DNA of 64,000 bases, from positions 1 to 64,000 of the forward strand of contig PS015126.1 in NCBI GenBank assembly GCA_048213135.1, read 5' to 3'. How positions within the stretch are numbered: position 1 is the stretch's first letter; every line of letters begins with the position of its first letter. Positions 52,464-62,400 of this stretch are shown here, piece by piece. A program made the translations under genes and the position numbers. The notes below the pieces were generated by a model that was not told the origin of the DNA, did no database searches, and saw only the letters and a program-made list of their open reading frames with translations. The DNA comes from Reclinomonas americana ATCC 50394. Taxonomy: Eukaryota.

Positions 52464-54262
52464 GCGCGTGGCTGGTGCTTGTTGGTGGGAATGGTCGAAA
52501 AATGAATCCGATGGGAGAAGGGGGATGGAGGGAGGGACGCAGGCGCCTTGCGCATGCAGCTTGGGTGAAGGAAGAGTGCATTTACACACATGTGAGTGAA
52601 ATGGAAGAACGACTTTGAGGCGCACTCTATCGCCTGCTCGATCTTCACCTTCAGAAACCGTGGCGGAATTTGATTGGCTTTGCCTCTTGAAAGGGAAGAT
52701 GACTGTTGGAGAGGTAATTATGTGTCTGTATATTGTTGGTGTGCCAGAGTCATTCCCGGGAAGGGATTTGTGGGCGATTATTGCATTATTGGAATGTGGT
52801 GAGTGAAGTGTTTTGTTTTTTTTCAGTCGACGTCGCGTCCTGCTGCAATGCATTCACTCACTCTCTTGCAAGTCAGAGAGAGAGAGAGAGAGAAAGAGAG
52901 ACGACTGGCGGACTGCGTGAGACGTGCTCGGAACAAAGCATATTACTTCTGACGAGCAAAAAAAACAAAAGACGAATCGGTGCATCGAGTCGAGTATGGT
53001 GTGTATGTCATTGCGCTGTGCTATATTGACGATGTGGCGGACACTGTGGTTCTCTCTCTTTTTCTCTCTCCCTTACTCTCTCTCTCTCTCTCTGTGCGCA
53101 CTTGTCACTGACTGCAGATTTGTGTTTCTGGCAGTTCTCTGTACATGTGCTCAAAAGCGGTGCATTTGGGGAGGCGGTGAATTTGGTGGACGACATGTCG
53201 CGCGCTTCCGCTCTCTCCTCACGAGAAAGCGACGCTGCACGACGTCGCTCATCGCGCGAGAAGAATGAATGCAGAGGATGGGAGGCCGTACCGAAGACGA
53301 AACTGGTGACGAACATCCTGGAGTTTGTGGACGACAGTAGTGTTCTTGTACAGGTGGCCACCAGTCTCGTCGTTCATGAGCCACCTCGCTCTGACGGTGG
53401 GGAGCAGTCCTTTGAAGAGGAAGTGCGCGCAAAATCGGTCTATCATTGCGTATGCCGTCCCCGTCTCATTTCTGCGTTCCGTGACAGTATCACAAGCACG
53501 ACCTTGAGGAATTCGAAGGAGCATTTGGTTCTAAGCAGTCAACGTTGCCGTCGATGACGCAAGTCGGCAAGCTTCCGGTTGTGCGAGAGAATGGAGGGAG
53601 GAGTGAAGACGGAGGGAGCGGTGGCTTTACAAACCCGAATTCTCGGTCGGAGATCACGGCACCGACAAAGTTCTGTAAGCCAAGTTTGTGGTTCCTATGT
53701 GCCTTGCAGATGCCATGCTCTCACGCACACTGCGCAACAATTTGCAGTTTCACTCTTGCCTACAAGAACAGGTTGCGAGCGAATGACTGCCTTGCCTTTC
53801 ATTATTACCCCTCACTTCGATTGCCCGATCACCGCTCAGAGCTGATCGTACTCTGTCGCATGAGTGTACCGGCAGTTTGGCTGAGACGTGGTAGCTGAGT
53901 TCCGATGCAATCTTTGAGGTGTGGCGCGGATGCGTGTGTAACTGACTGGCGAACTGGTGCAACATTGCAGTGCTTTGAAGTCAGCAACTGCGGTGGACAT
54001 GTCAGCGCCCGACAACCACGATCGTGCAACAGTCGGCGCTTGTGGGTGCGACAATACCGTTACCCTGCCGCTCACACTGCATGTTGCTCACTTCTCGTGC
54101 TCAGAACAAGCAGGCAAGGCAAAATGACCTGGCAATCCTGTCGACTGTCAATGATGATGGTTTCTCGATTGTCAAGGCCACTCTTGCGCGGCGGTGGTGC
54201 CTGTGTTTCCTGCGGCACAAGGCAGCGCACGGCTGGACGCGTTTATCCGGCAATGCCGTCAG

Positions 54263-54920
54263 CCGCTGAACATGGACCCGTCACTCCCAGCCACCCTCAT
54301 CACACAGCAAATCCACGTGTATCACCTGAACAACGCTCACCATTGGATCCACTGCAATCGCAATCCCCGCCATTGACCCCACACCGAATTCAACTGCCAG
54401 AATTTGAAGTGGTGCTGGCGTCGCGCCGAGCCTCACATGTACAGCCGCCATCACGCGAACATCAAGGTCCACAACAGTCCTCGTTGAGTGATCCACAACC
54501 GCTGCCTCCTGCGTCAATACTGCCCGAGTCGCCGTCGGCACCATGGTCAGAGCTGGAAATGCTTCCACAAGCGCAGCAGTTGTCACCGACGACACGTACA
54601 GATGTGGTGTCTGTTCGTGTCGTGGCGATGCATGACTCTTCGCTGTCGGTGGTGGTGCAGGGCATGTCAGCCATGTCCACTCTCGCAGACTTGTTGCGTG
54701 AAGCCACGCGCTTACTGCGTGAGAGAAGTGGGGATGGAGAGATGGAGATCGTGGGGGTGGAGAGGCCAGTGCCGTTCAACATTGCTAAAGTCGGTGTGAT
54801 GGAGCTGGAAGATCTTGGCATTTCTGCCAATACGCCACTGGCTGTGAGAGTAACCGTATCTCCTTTTACTGCTGCTGCTGCTGGTGCATCAGCATGGGCG
54901 GGAGAGGGCGAAACTGAAAG
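54263..54920 (+). CDS. Upstream exon of the NACHT-WD40 gene: Pro/Ser-rich linker plus ubiquitin-like domain candidate
   Basis: VSVRVVAM...STLADL.......ELEDLGISANTPLAVRV resembles a beta-grasp fold; donor AAG|GTGAGT at 54921 (phase 2) joins TTCTGCAG| at 55094 in frame with the big ORF; exon 5' end approximate. Confidence 0.5.
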
Positions 54921-55095
54921 GTGAGTGGTTCACTCTGAATCGTTTGCTCTGTGTTTTCAATGGAGTGCTGACACTTGCATCAAAATTACTCTTGTCCAGC
55001 GCGTCAGGATTCATATTTTCTGAGCGGTTTGCAAGTCATCTATGTTTCGAGCTCGAGAAGTATATTACTAAGCTGATGCACTGTAATTCTGCAGC

Positions 55096-58000
55096 ATGAT
55101 CAACTTCAGTCGCGTCAGTATGGCGTTTGAAGCACTGGTTACCGCAATGCGTCTGCGTAGTCAATGTGCACTGGCTAGCTTCAGTCGCGATAATCCCGAC
55201 TTTGATGTGCGAGCGTGGACTCCCGACGTGTGGACTCCTCCACTGTTCTGGCATCCAATGACGATCAGGACGTGGTACAGTGGTCATGCGCCACTCAGCC
55301 CTGGTCGAGTCAAGTTATATGGGCCGCAGCAGCAGCATGTGTTGGACTGGAAGACTGCCTTTGATGCCGACCCCACATCGGACCCTTCTTGTGATGCATT
55401 CGACGTGACGGCATTGGCCTCGATCCTGCTGTTTGGTGGTCTTGTGCTTGACGACGGTCGCAAGGCACTGCTACTTGACGATGTTGATGAACGAAAGGCG
55501 GTGGAGCAGTTGCGTGAAGTGCGAAACGAGTTGGCACATGGTTCGTCGGCTTGGACCGAGGCCAGTCTGCGAGAGTACCTTGGCGACGGCGACGGCGGTG
55601 TTCTCATCTCTATCTTGGCCAAGCTGCGCCTTTCTGGTGAAGTGCGAGACTACATCACGACGAGAATACGCGAGGCTAGTCATGTCCAGCACATCATCAG
55701 CACATTCGAGGAGCGACTGCATCGACTGGCCGTGCGTGAAATGGTCAGCTATCGCGAAAACGACAGTCTGTACATGGACATGCAGATGTATGTGCCACTT
55801 CTGTGCTCACATGAGCGTGATGTCTCGTCGCGAGACACAGTGATGGATCTGTTGACGGATGTGGACGCTTTCCTCGCCAACACCAACACCACGCAGCGTG
55901 TGCTGGTGCTGTTTGGCAACAGTGGTGCTGGCAAGACTATCACCATGTCAGTGCTGGCAGAGAGAGCATGGCGACGGTGGCAGACGAGAGAGAGCAGACG
56001 AGTGCCTGTGCGTGTGCCTCTTGGTGCTTTGCGCAATGCCGATGAGCGGCTGTTAGAGGAGGCACTGGAGCGACTGTCTCCCGAGTTGGGACTGGCGTCG
56101 GATGTGCGGCGATTGAAGGAAGAACCACTCTTGCTGTTGCTTGACGGGTACGACGAGTTGTATCGTGGTGTGAATCTGTTTGTGACGAACCAGCTGGATG
56201 TGTGTCGCGATGTAAAGGTGATTATCACCTGTCGTGGCGATTACGCGCTGACGGCACTTGGTGGTGTGACACAGTATCGACGGTTCTTTGCGCCGGTGGA
56301 TGCACGAGGACAGTTGTGCACGCAACAGCTTATGCAGCGGCACCTAGCACCATTCAACGCGGAGCAGATTGAGGAGTACTTTGCGCGACTTATGCAACTG
56401 GGTGGTGATGATGGCGAAGAGCGGTGGTCGACTGCCGCGGAGTACATTCGTGCACTGAAGAGTGTGCATGGACTGGATGCGCTGGTGTCGAATCCGTTCT
56501 TGCTGACAGTGGTGGCTCGTGTGTTGCCGCAGTTGGTGGCAAGTGGTGTGCAGCGACCGACTCGGTGCGATGTATTTGACCGGTTCATACGACAGTGGAT
56601 TGAAAGGGAGCAGGAGAGACAGACGCGTCTTGGTGCAGAGCGCGTGCCGAGCGAGGAGACGTGTTTGGCGTTCTGCGAGGGACTGGCGCGATTGATGCAC
56701 GAGAGGAATGTGGTGCGTGTGTCTGTGATGGAGAGTCGGTTAGGTGATGAGGAGGATGATTTTGGTGGTGCGCCTCTCGCCTTGCGACGAGTGAAAGAGA
56801 GAGCGTTTGACAAGTTCCTCGGCAGCAAGAACCAGCATGTGCGAGTGTGCTGTCCAATTGTGCGACGGTATGGGACGACGCAGTGGGGGTTCGTGCATGT
56901 GTCGTTGCTGGAGCACTGTGTGGCACGGCATGTGTTTGCATGGAAGACGTGGGATGAGGAGCGGAGATTAACGATGCAAGATGTGCAGCAGCATGTGCTG
57001 GCAGTGCGGTTGCTGAATGATCGACCATCGTTGGTGGAGCAGATGGCCGAGGTGGTGCGACGGTCCCCCACCTTGCAAGCGAGACTGTGGGAGGTGATTG
57101 CAATGTCGAGGGAGGTGGATGAGGAGCGATTGGTGACGGCGTCGGCGAATGCAGCAACGATGTTGTGTGTGGCTGAAGTGTCGTTCAGTGGGCGAGATTT
57201 GTCGGGCGTGCAAGTGAGGGGTGCGGATTTGAGGGATGCGGTGATGCACAGGACGGTGTGGAGGGGAGCGGATTTGCGAGGGGTGAATGTGTGCATGGCG
57301 TATGCTAGGGAGGCGGATTTCAGAGGGGCGGATGTGACCGGTGTGAAGTGGCCGCAGAAGCCCATGGTTGGACACACAGACTGGGTGAGAGCTGTTGCCG
57401 TCACACCTGACAGTCAGTACATCGTGGGCGGCAGTGACGACAGAACTGTACGAGTGTGGTCGCTGGCTAGTGGTGAGGAGGTGCGCCGGCTGGAAGGTCA
57501 CACCGCCGCAGTGCAGTCTGTTGCTGTCACTCCCAATGGCGAACACATTGTGAGTGGGAGTCGTGACAAGACTGTACGGGTGTGGTCGGTGGCAAGTGGC
57601 GAAGAGGTGCGCCGTCTGGAGGGACATACTAAGCAGGTGTTTTATGTCGCCGTCACTTTCGACGGTCAGCATCTAGTTAGTGCGAGTCAGGACAAGATGC
57701 TGCGAGTGTGGAACATTGATAGTGGAAAATGTGTGCGTCGTCTAAAGGGACACACAAGAGGTGTGTTGACTGCTGCCACCACCCCCAACGGGCAGTTCGT
57801 TGTGAGTGGCAGTGAAGACAGGACAGTGCGCGTGTGGTCACTGGCAAGTGGGGAGGAGATGCGCCGACTGGAGGGCCACACTGACTACGTACTATCTGTT
57901 GCCATCACTCCAGATGGTCAGCATATACTGAGCGGTAGTGATGATAAGACAATTCGGATGTGGTCGCTGGCGAACGGAGAAGAAATGAGACGGTTTGAAG

Positions 58001-59235
58001 GTCACGCGGAAGGAGTAATGTCTGTTGCTGTCACTCCGAATGGTCTGCACATTATCAGTGGCAGTCACGATAAAACTGTACGCGTGTGGTCACTGGCGAA
58101 TGGAGAAGAAGTACGACGACTGGAGGGACACACTTGGGGAGTGGAGAGCGTCGCAGTCACTCCTGACGGTCAGCACATTTTGAGTGGGAGTGAGGACCAG
58201 ACAGTGCGAATGTGGTCTGTGGCAAGTGGAGAGGAGGTGCGACGGCTAGAGGGCCACTCTGACTACGTGTGGACTGCTCTCGTCACCCCCGATGGTCAAT
58301 TTATCGTTAGCGGAAGCTACGACGGAACCGTGCGATTGTGGTCCGCTGTAAACGGCGAAGAAATGCGACGGTTTGAGGGACACATCGGAGCGGTGTTGTC
58401 CGTTGCGATTTCATCTGATTGTCTGCACCTTGCGAGTGGCAGTCGTGACAGTACTGTACGAGTATGGTCACTGACACATGGGGCAGAAGTGCGACGATTG
58501 GATGGACACACCAACGCCGTGCAATCTGTGGTCATCTCATCCGATGGCCATTACGCTGTAAGCGGAAGTGACGACACGACAATTCGAGTGTGGTCACTTG
58601 TGAGCGGTGAGGTGGTGCGGCGAATGGAGGGTCACACTGATCGCGTGAACGCTGTTGCCGTATCTCCCGACAACGTGTACATTGTTAGTGGGAGTGAGGA
58701 TATGGATGTTCGGGTATGGTCACTGGCGAGTGGAGAGGGATTGCGACAATTGGGAGGACACACTGGATCGGTGCGGTCCCTCGTCGTCACCTTTGATGGT
58801 CTGTTCATTGTGAGTGGCAGTGAGGATGAGACCGTGCGTGTGTGGTCGCTTGCGCTTGGTGAAGAAGTGAGTCGACTGGAGGGCCACACTGGCTCTGTGC
58901 GGTCTGTTGCTATCGCCACCGATGGCCAGCACGTTGTGAGCGGGAGTGAAGACGGGACAGTGCGATTGTGGTCGTTGACGAGTGGCGATGAGATGTACCG
59001 ACTGGAGGGACATACTGGATATGTAAACTCAGTTGCTTTCACGGCAGACTGTCGGCACGTCGTCAGTGGTAGTGATGACCGGTCCGTGCGAGTGTGGCAT
59101 GTAGCGAGAGAAGAACAAGTTCCTCGCGATCGTGATACAGATGCGGCAACGCGCATTAGTAATCGAGGAGGATGTTTGCTTGAGAGAGTTTGTGGTTCGT
59201 TTTTGCCTGATTTTACCGACGCTTTGTATGAATAA
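55096..59235 (+). CDS. NLR-like STAND protein: DZIP3-type HEPN domain, NACHT NTPase, pentapeptide repeats, 14 WD40 repeats
   Basis: FDVTAL..IL...QLREVRNELAH (HEPN RxxxxH); Walker A GNSGAGKT (55915-55938); Walker B LLLLLDGYDE; KVIITCR; NPFLL; FVH.SLLEHCVA; A(D/N)L pentapeptides 57181-57345; 14 GH...W repeats at exact 126-bp period from 57370. Confidence 0.92.
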   Translation: MINFSRVSMAFEALVTAMRLRSQCALASFSRDNPDFDVRAWTPDVWTPPLFWHPMTIRTWYSGHAPLSPGRVKLYGPQQQHVLDWKTAFDADPTSDPSCDAFDVTALASILLFGGLVLDDGRKALLLDDVDERKAVEQLREVRNELAHGSSAWTEASLREYLGDGDGGVLISILAKLRLSGEVRDYITTRIREASHVQHIISTFEERLHRLAVREMVSYRENDSLYMDMQMYVPLLCSHERDVSSRDTVMDLLTDVDAFLANTNTTQRVLVLFGNSGAGKTITMSVLAERAWRRWQTRESRRVPVRVPLGALRNADERLLEEALERLSPELGLASDVRRLKEEPLLLLLDGYDELYRGVNLFVTNQLDVCRDVKVIITCRGDYALTALGGVTQYRRFFAPVDARGQLCTQQLMQRHLAPFNAEQIEEYFARLMQLGGDDGEERWSTAAEYIRALKSVHGLDALVSNPFLLTVVARVLPQLVASGVQRPTRCDVFDRFIRQWIEREQERQTRLGAERVPSEETCLAFCEGLARLMHERNVVRVSVMESRLGDEEDDFGGAPLALRRVKERAFDKFLGSKNQHVRVCCPIVRRYGTTQWGFVHVSLLEHCVARHVFAWKTWDEERRLTMQDVQQHVLAVRLLNDRPSLVEQMAEVVRRSPTLQARLWEVIAMSREVDEERLVTASANAATMLCVAEVSFSGRDLSGVQVRGADLRDAVMHRTVWRGADLRGVNVCMAYAREADFRGADVTGVKWPQKPMVGHTDWVRAVAVTPDSQYIVGGSDDRTVRVWSLASGEEVRRLEGHTAAVQSVAVTPNGEHIVSGSRDKTVRVWSVASGEEVRRLEGHTKQVFYVAVTFDGQHLVSASQDKMLRVWNIDSGKCVRRLKGHTRGVLTAATTPNGQFVVSGSEDRTVRVWSLASGEEMRRLEGHTDYVLSVAITPDGQHILSGSDDKTIRMWSLANGEEMRRFEGHAEGVMSVAVTPNGLHIISGSHDKTVRVWSLANGEEVRRLEGHTWGVESVAVTPDGQHILSGSEDQTVRMWSVASGEEVRRLEGHSDYVWTALVTPDGQFIVSGSYDGTVRLWSAVNGEEMRRFEGHIGAVLSVAISSDCLHLASGSRDSTVRVWSLTHGAEVRRLDGHTNAVQSVVISSDGHYAVSGSDDTTIRVWSLVSGEVVRRMEGHTDRVNAVAVSPDNVYIVSGSEDMDVRVWSLASGEGLRQLGGHTGSVRSLVVTFDGLFIVSGSEDETVRVWSLALGEEVSRLEGHTGSVRSVAIATDGQHVVSGSEDGTVRLWSLTSGDEMYRLEGHTGYVNSVAFTADCRHVVSGSDDRSVRVWHVAREEQVPRDRDTDAATRISNRGGCLLERVCGSFLPDFTDALYE

Positions 59236-59414
59236 TGAATAGTGCACAAGGTTTGGGGGTGGAGGAGAGACACTGTACCAGCCGCTTTGAAATAGAAGAC
59301 ACCGGCCGTACACCAGTATGCAGAGTCTCCGCGACCACAGTGGTGGTGCTGCCGAGGTTGGCAACAGTCATTCAATACCTACTCGGATCAAATGCTCTTG
59401 TTCGTTACACTGAA

Positions 59415-62400
59415 TCAAGCAGCCCCAGCTACCATGCCACTGCGTTCTAATCTACTCTCGTCTTCGTGAGCCGCCTCCAGGAGCGGCGCATGGAGCGTCG
59501 AATCGCTGGCGACCTGCACGTGACGGTCGCCCACTTGCATTTCAATATCTGCGGTGCACGCGACGCGTAAGTTAGAGGGGGAGAAAATGCCGAGATCGAA
59601 AGATTGAGGGAACGAGAGAAGAGAAAATGAGCGAGCGAGAGAGAGAGAACACATAGTGGGCATAGAGAAGGATGTGTTCCGTTAATTCCGAATCCCAGTC
59701 GAAGCTCACCATCAGAGGCTGCGGATCCCCGCCTCTGCCGACGTCGGCAAAACGCCACCACGGCCTTAACACCAGACAGCACTACTGGGCCCACCAACAC
59801 TGCGCCAGCCAGCGAGAGCACTACGATGCAGGTGACAACCTTGAAGCGCGTGGAGGCCTGTGATGCGAACACGGTGGAAATAACAACCAGGGAGCCGAGA
59901 CCAATGGCCTGCCAAGCGCACAGAGAATGAGAATGCATGTGAGTCTACACTCAACAACTGTGCGAGTCACCTCCAGCACGTTATACAACATGTGTTCATA
60001 GGCGCGAACAACGAGGTGTACCGTGAGGAAGGCGACACACACCACCCACAACGCCAGCGGAAGGATGTCGATTGATCCCGTGGCGGCGAGAGGGAAGAGC
60101 ACGGCGAGGATGATCAGACGTCGACAAAGTTGATAGCCTGATGTGCCGAAAAGGAATAGTGAGAAGTAATGTGCAATACTGCTGGTGGGGCAGTTGCTGT
60201 TTTCAACTGCCTTCACTGTGTGCCCGTGTGCCTCTCAGTCTTGTGGTGCGCGTACGAGATCCTTTCGGCCATAAACTGATTGCTGTGCGTACCCAGCAAA
60301 GGAATTGCTTGAATGTGAAAAAGTGACACAGCCAGTGCAGCGGAGAAGCAAACAATCAAACATCAGTGCGCCCGTGTACACTCTGATCTCTCTGCTCTCA
60401 GCAATCTTTGGGCATGATTTGCTGTGCGTACCCAGCAAATGCAAACCTTCCCTTGCATGTGAAAGGGTAACGTAGAAAATACATCTACCCTTGTGCATTC
60501 AGATCGATCTCCATATCTCTCTCTCCCGTCCTCCCCTTCGCGCCACTCACCTTGATACCACACCACCGGAGGCCGGAAGTGATGGTACAACACGCCGAAT
60601 CGTCGCCGAGTCTGTCACACAGGTGTGAGACAATGGCATCTCACGCTGATTACTTGCAATCCCACCGACCTTCTCATCATGCAGTCTCTTATGCCGACGC
60701 AAGCGCACGGTCCACCACACCACCAATACTGGTACACTGAGAGTGGCTGCCAGCAGCACGGCGAAGAGCGGAATCAGTCGCTGCCACCTGTGCACACACT
60801 TGCCGATCAGCATGGAAAGTGACGGTCACGCAGTTGCACATCAAACGCAACACTCCCTCGTAGCACACAATGCTGGGCGAAAACAGCACAACATGACTGT
60901 TGCCGACCTCCGTGCACGTGAAAAACGTGATGGCCGTCTCCGCCAGGCCCTCATACGCTCCCAGCAGCAGCACAACTGTTGTCAGGATGTAGTGGTGCGG
61001 CGTGGCGATAAGCTTGAACCATGTGACAAATCGCGGCCATCGTCCGCTCGTCGAGCCATGGTGGATGCAGCGTACCAATGCTTTTGCAAGCAGCCAGTGT
61101 AGAACAAAGCAGGCCCACAAGATTGCCAGCGACACAAATGGCGACACGACACGAGCCAACAGGTCGCCCACAGCGTCCGTGTTGAACGGGCAGCCGACAT
61201 CTAGAATGCGCGGCACGACAAAGGTGAGCAGTCGGTTGAGAGAGATGAGTTCCACGTTGGGGTAGAAGAGAAGCGTGGTGGTCTGGAGGGTGAAGATGAT
61301 GATTTCGGCAGAGGCTGCGAGCATAAACACGCGTGGGTCAGTCTTGAGAGACACTATTCCATCCACAAGGAGCGTTGTTTGCATTCCTCTCCAATTGCCC
61401 CCAGTTCTATTCTCACAACTTGCTTCATGTCTCCTCTCCTCACTTGCTGTCTCTCCTTCGACTGCGTCGTGTTACCATCTCTCTCCCACTCGCTGTTTCC
61501 CGCAATGAGTGCGGCTTCCTTCATCGCTCCTCTATTTGTCGCGTTTCCTGTCTCCTTTCCTCTGGTACTCGCTTCCCAGTCCATAGCTCTTATCGCCCTC
61601 GCGTTTCCCATCTCTTCTATTCTCACTTTCGCGTTTTCCGTCTCTTCTCCCGGATTACATACCTCCGCCAACATCAATCTGGAAGAAGACGTGGATGAAC
61701 AGCACAAAGGCAAGCATCTTGGTGAATGTCCACAAGCGCGCCCATCCAGAGGTTGATTCGCAAGGAATGCACACTCCCTGCCACTGAGAGTAGCCCTCCT
61801 GCACATTCCAGTGAGTTCATCATCTTCCACCCGCTGCTATGCCATGTGACCCACCTTACACGCTCCACACAGTGGCGAGTCCGACGCACGATTCGTCTCC
61901 TCATTGCAGTATTCGGCGTCGACGGCAACCACAGTTTGGTTGGTGCCATCACCGCGTTCGCAGTAATCATAGGGACAAAGGTATGCCACCACGGTTAACG
62001 GTGGCGACACCAGCGTGCCTGTCCACCCTTTGGACAAGACACCCTCAATCTGCCAGTCGGCAGCAACTGGAAAGGTCCAGAACTGCGACTGCACTTCCAT
62101 CTGCAGTCCGCCGAGGCAGTCGGCATTGGCTGGACACGGTACACACGTCTGGTTGAATGCGCTCGTCGGCAGCGCGTACTCGCCAGGAGGGCATTGCTGG
62201 CAGCCAATGTCCGTGTAACTGTAACCCGCAGGGCAGGCTGCCAGTGGCAATGAGAGCTGAGGTTGCGGGCCGACAAAGCCACCGCCAGAGCCAGTGGTGA
62301 TGCTGATGCTCACAGAGTCACTGCTGTCGCGCAGGCGCGCACGAATGCCTTGAGTCGGATTCGCCCCACGCTCGACAATCGTCAACTGGAATGTCGCTGT

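Noticed and set aside
60277-60441. ~24-bp direct repeat TGCTGTGCGTACCCAGCAAA suggesting duplicated or alternative exons
   Set aside because: Both copies fall inside the inferred intron between ...WYQ and GYQLCRRLI; no frame support
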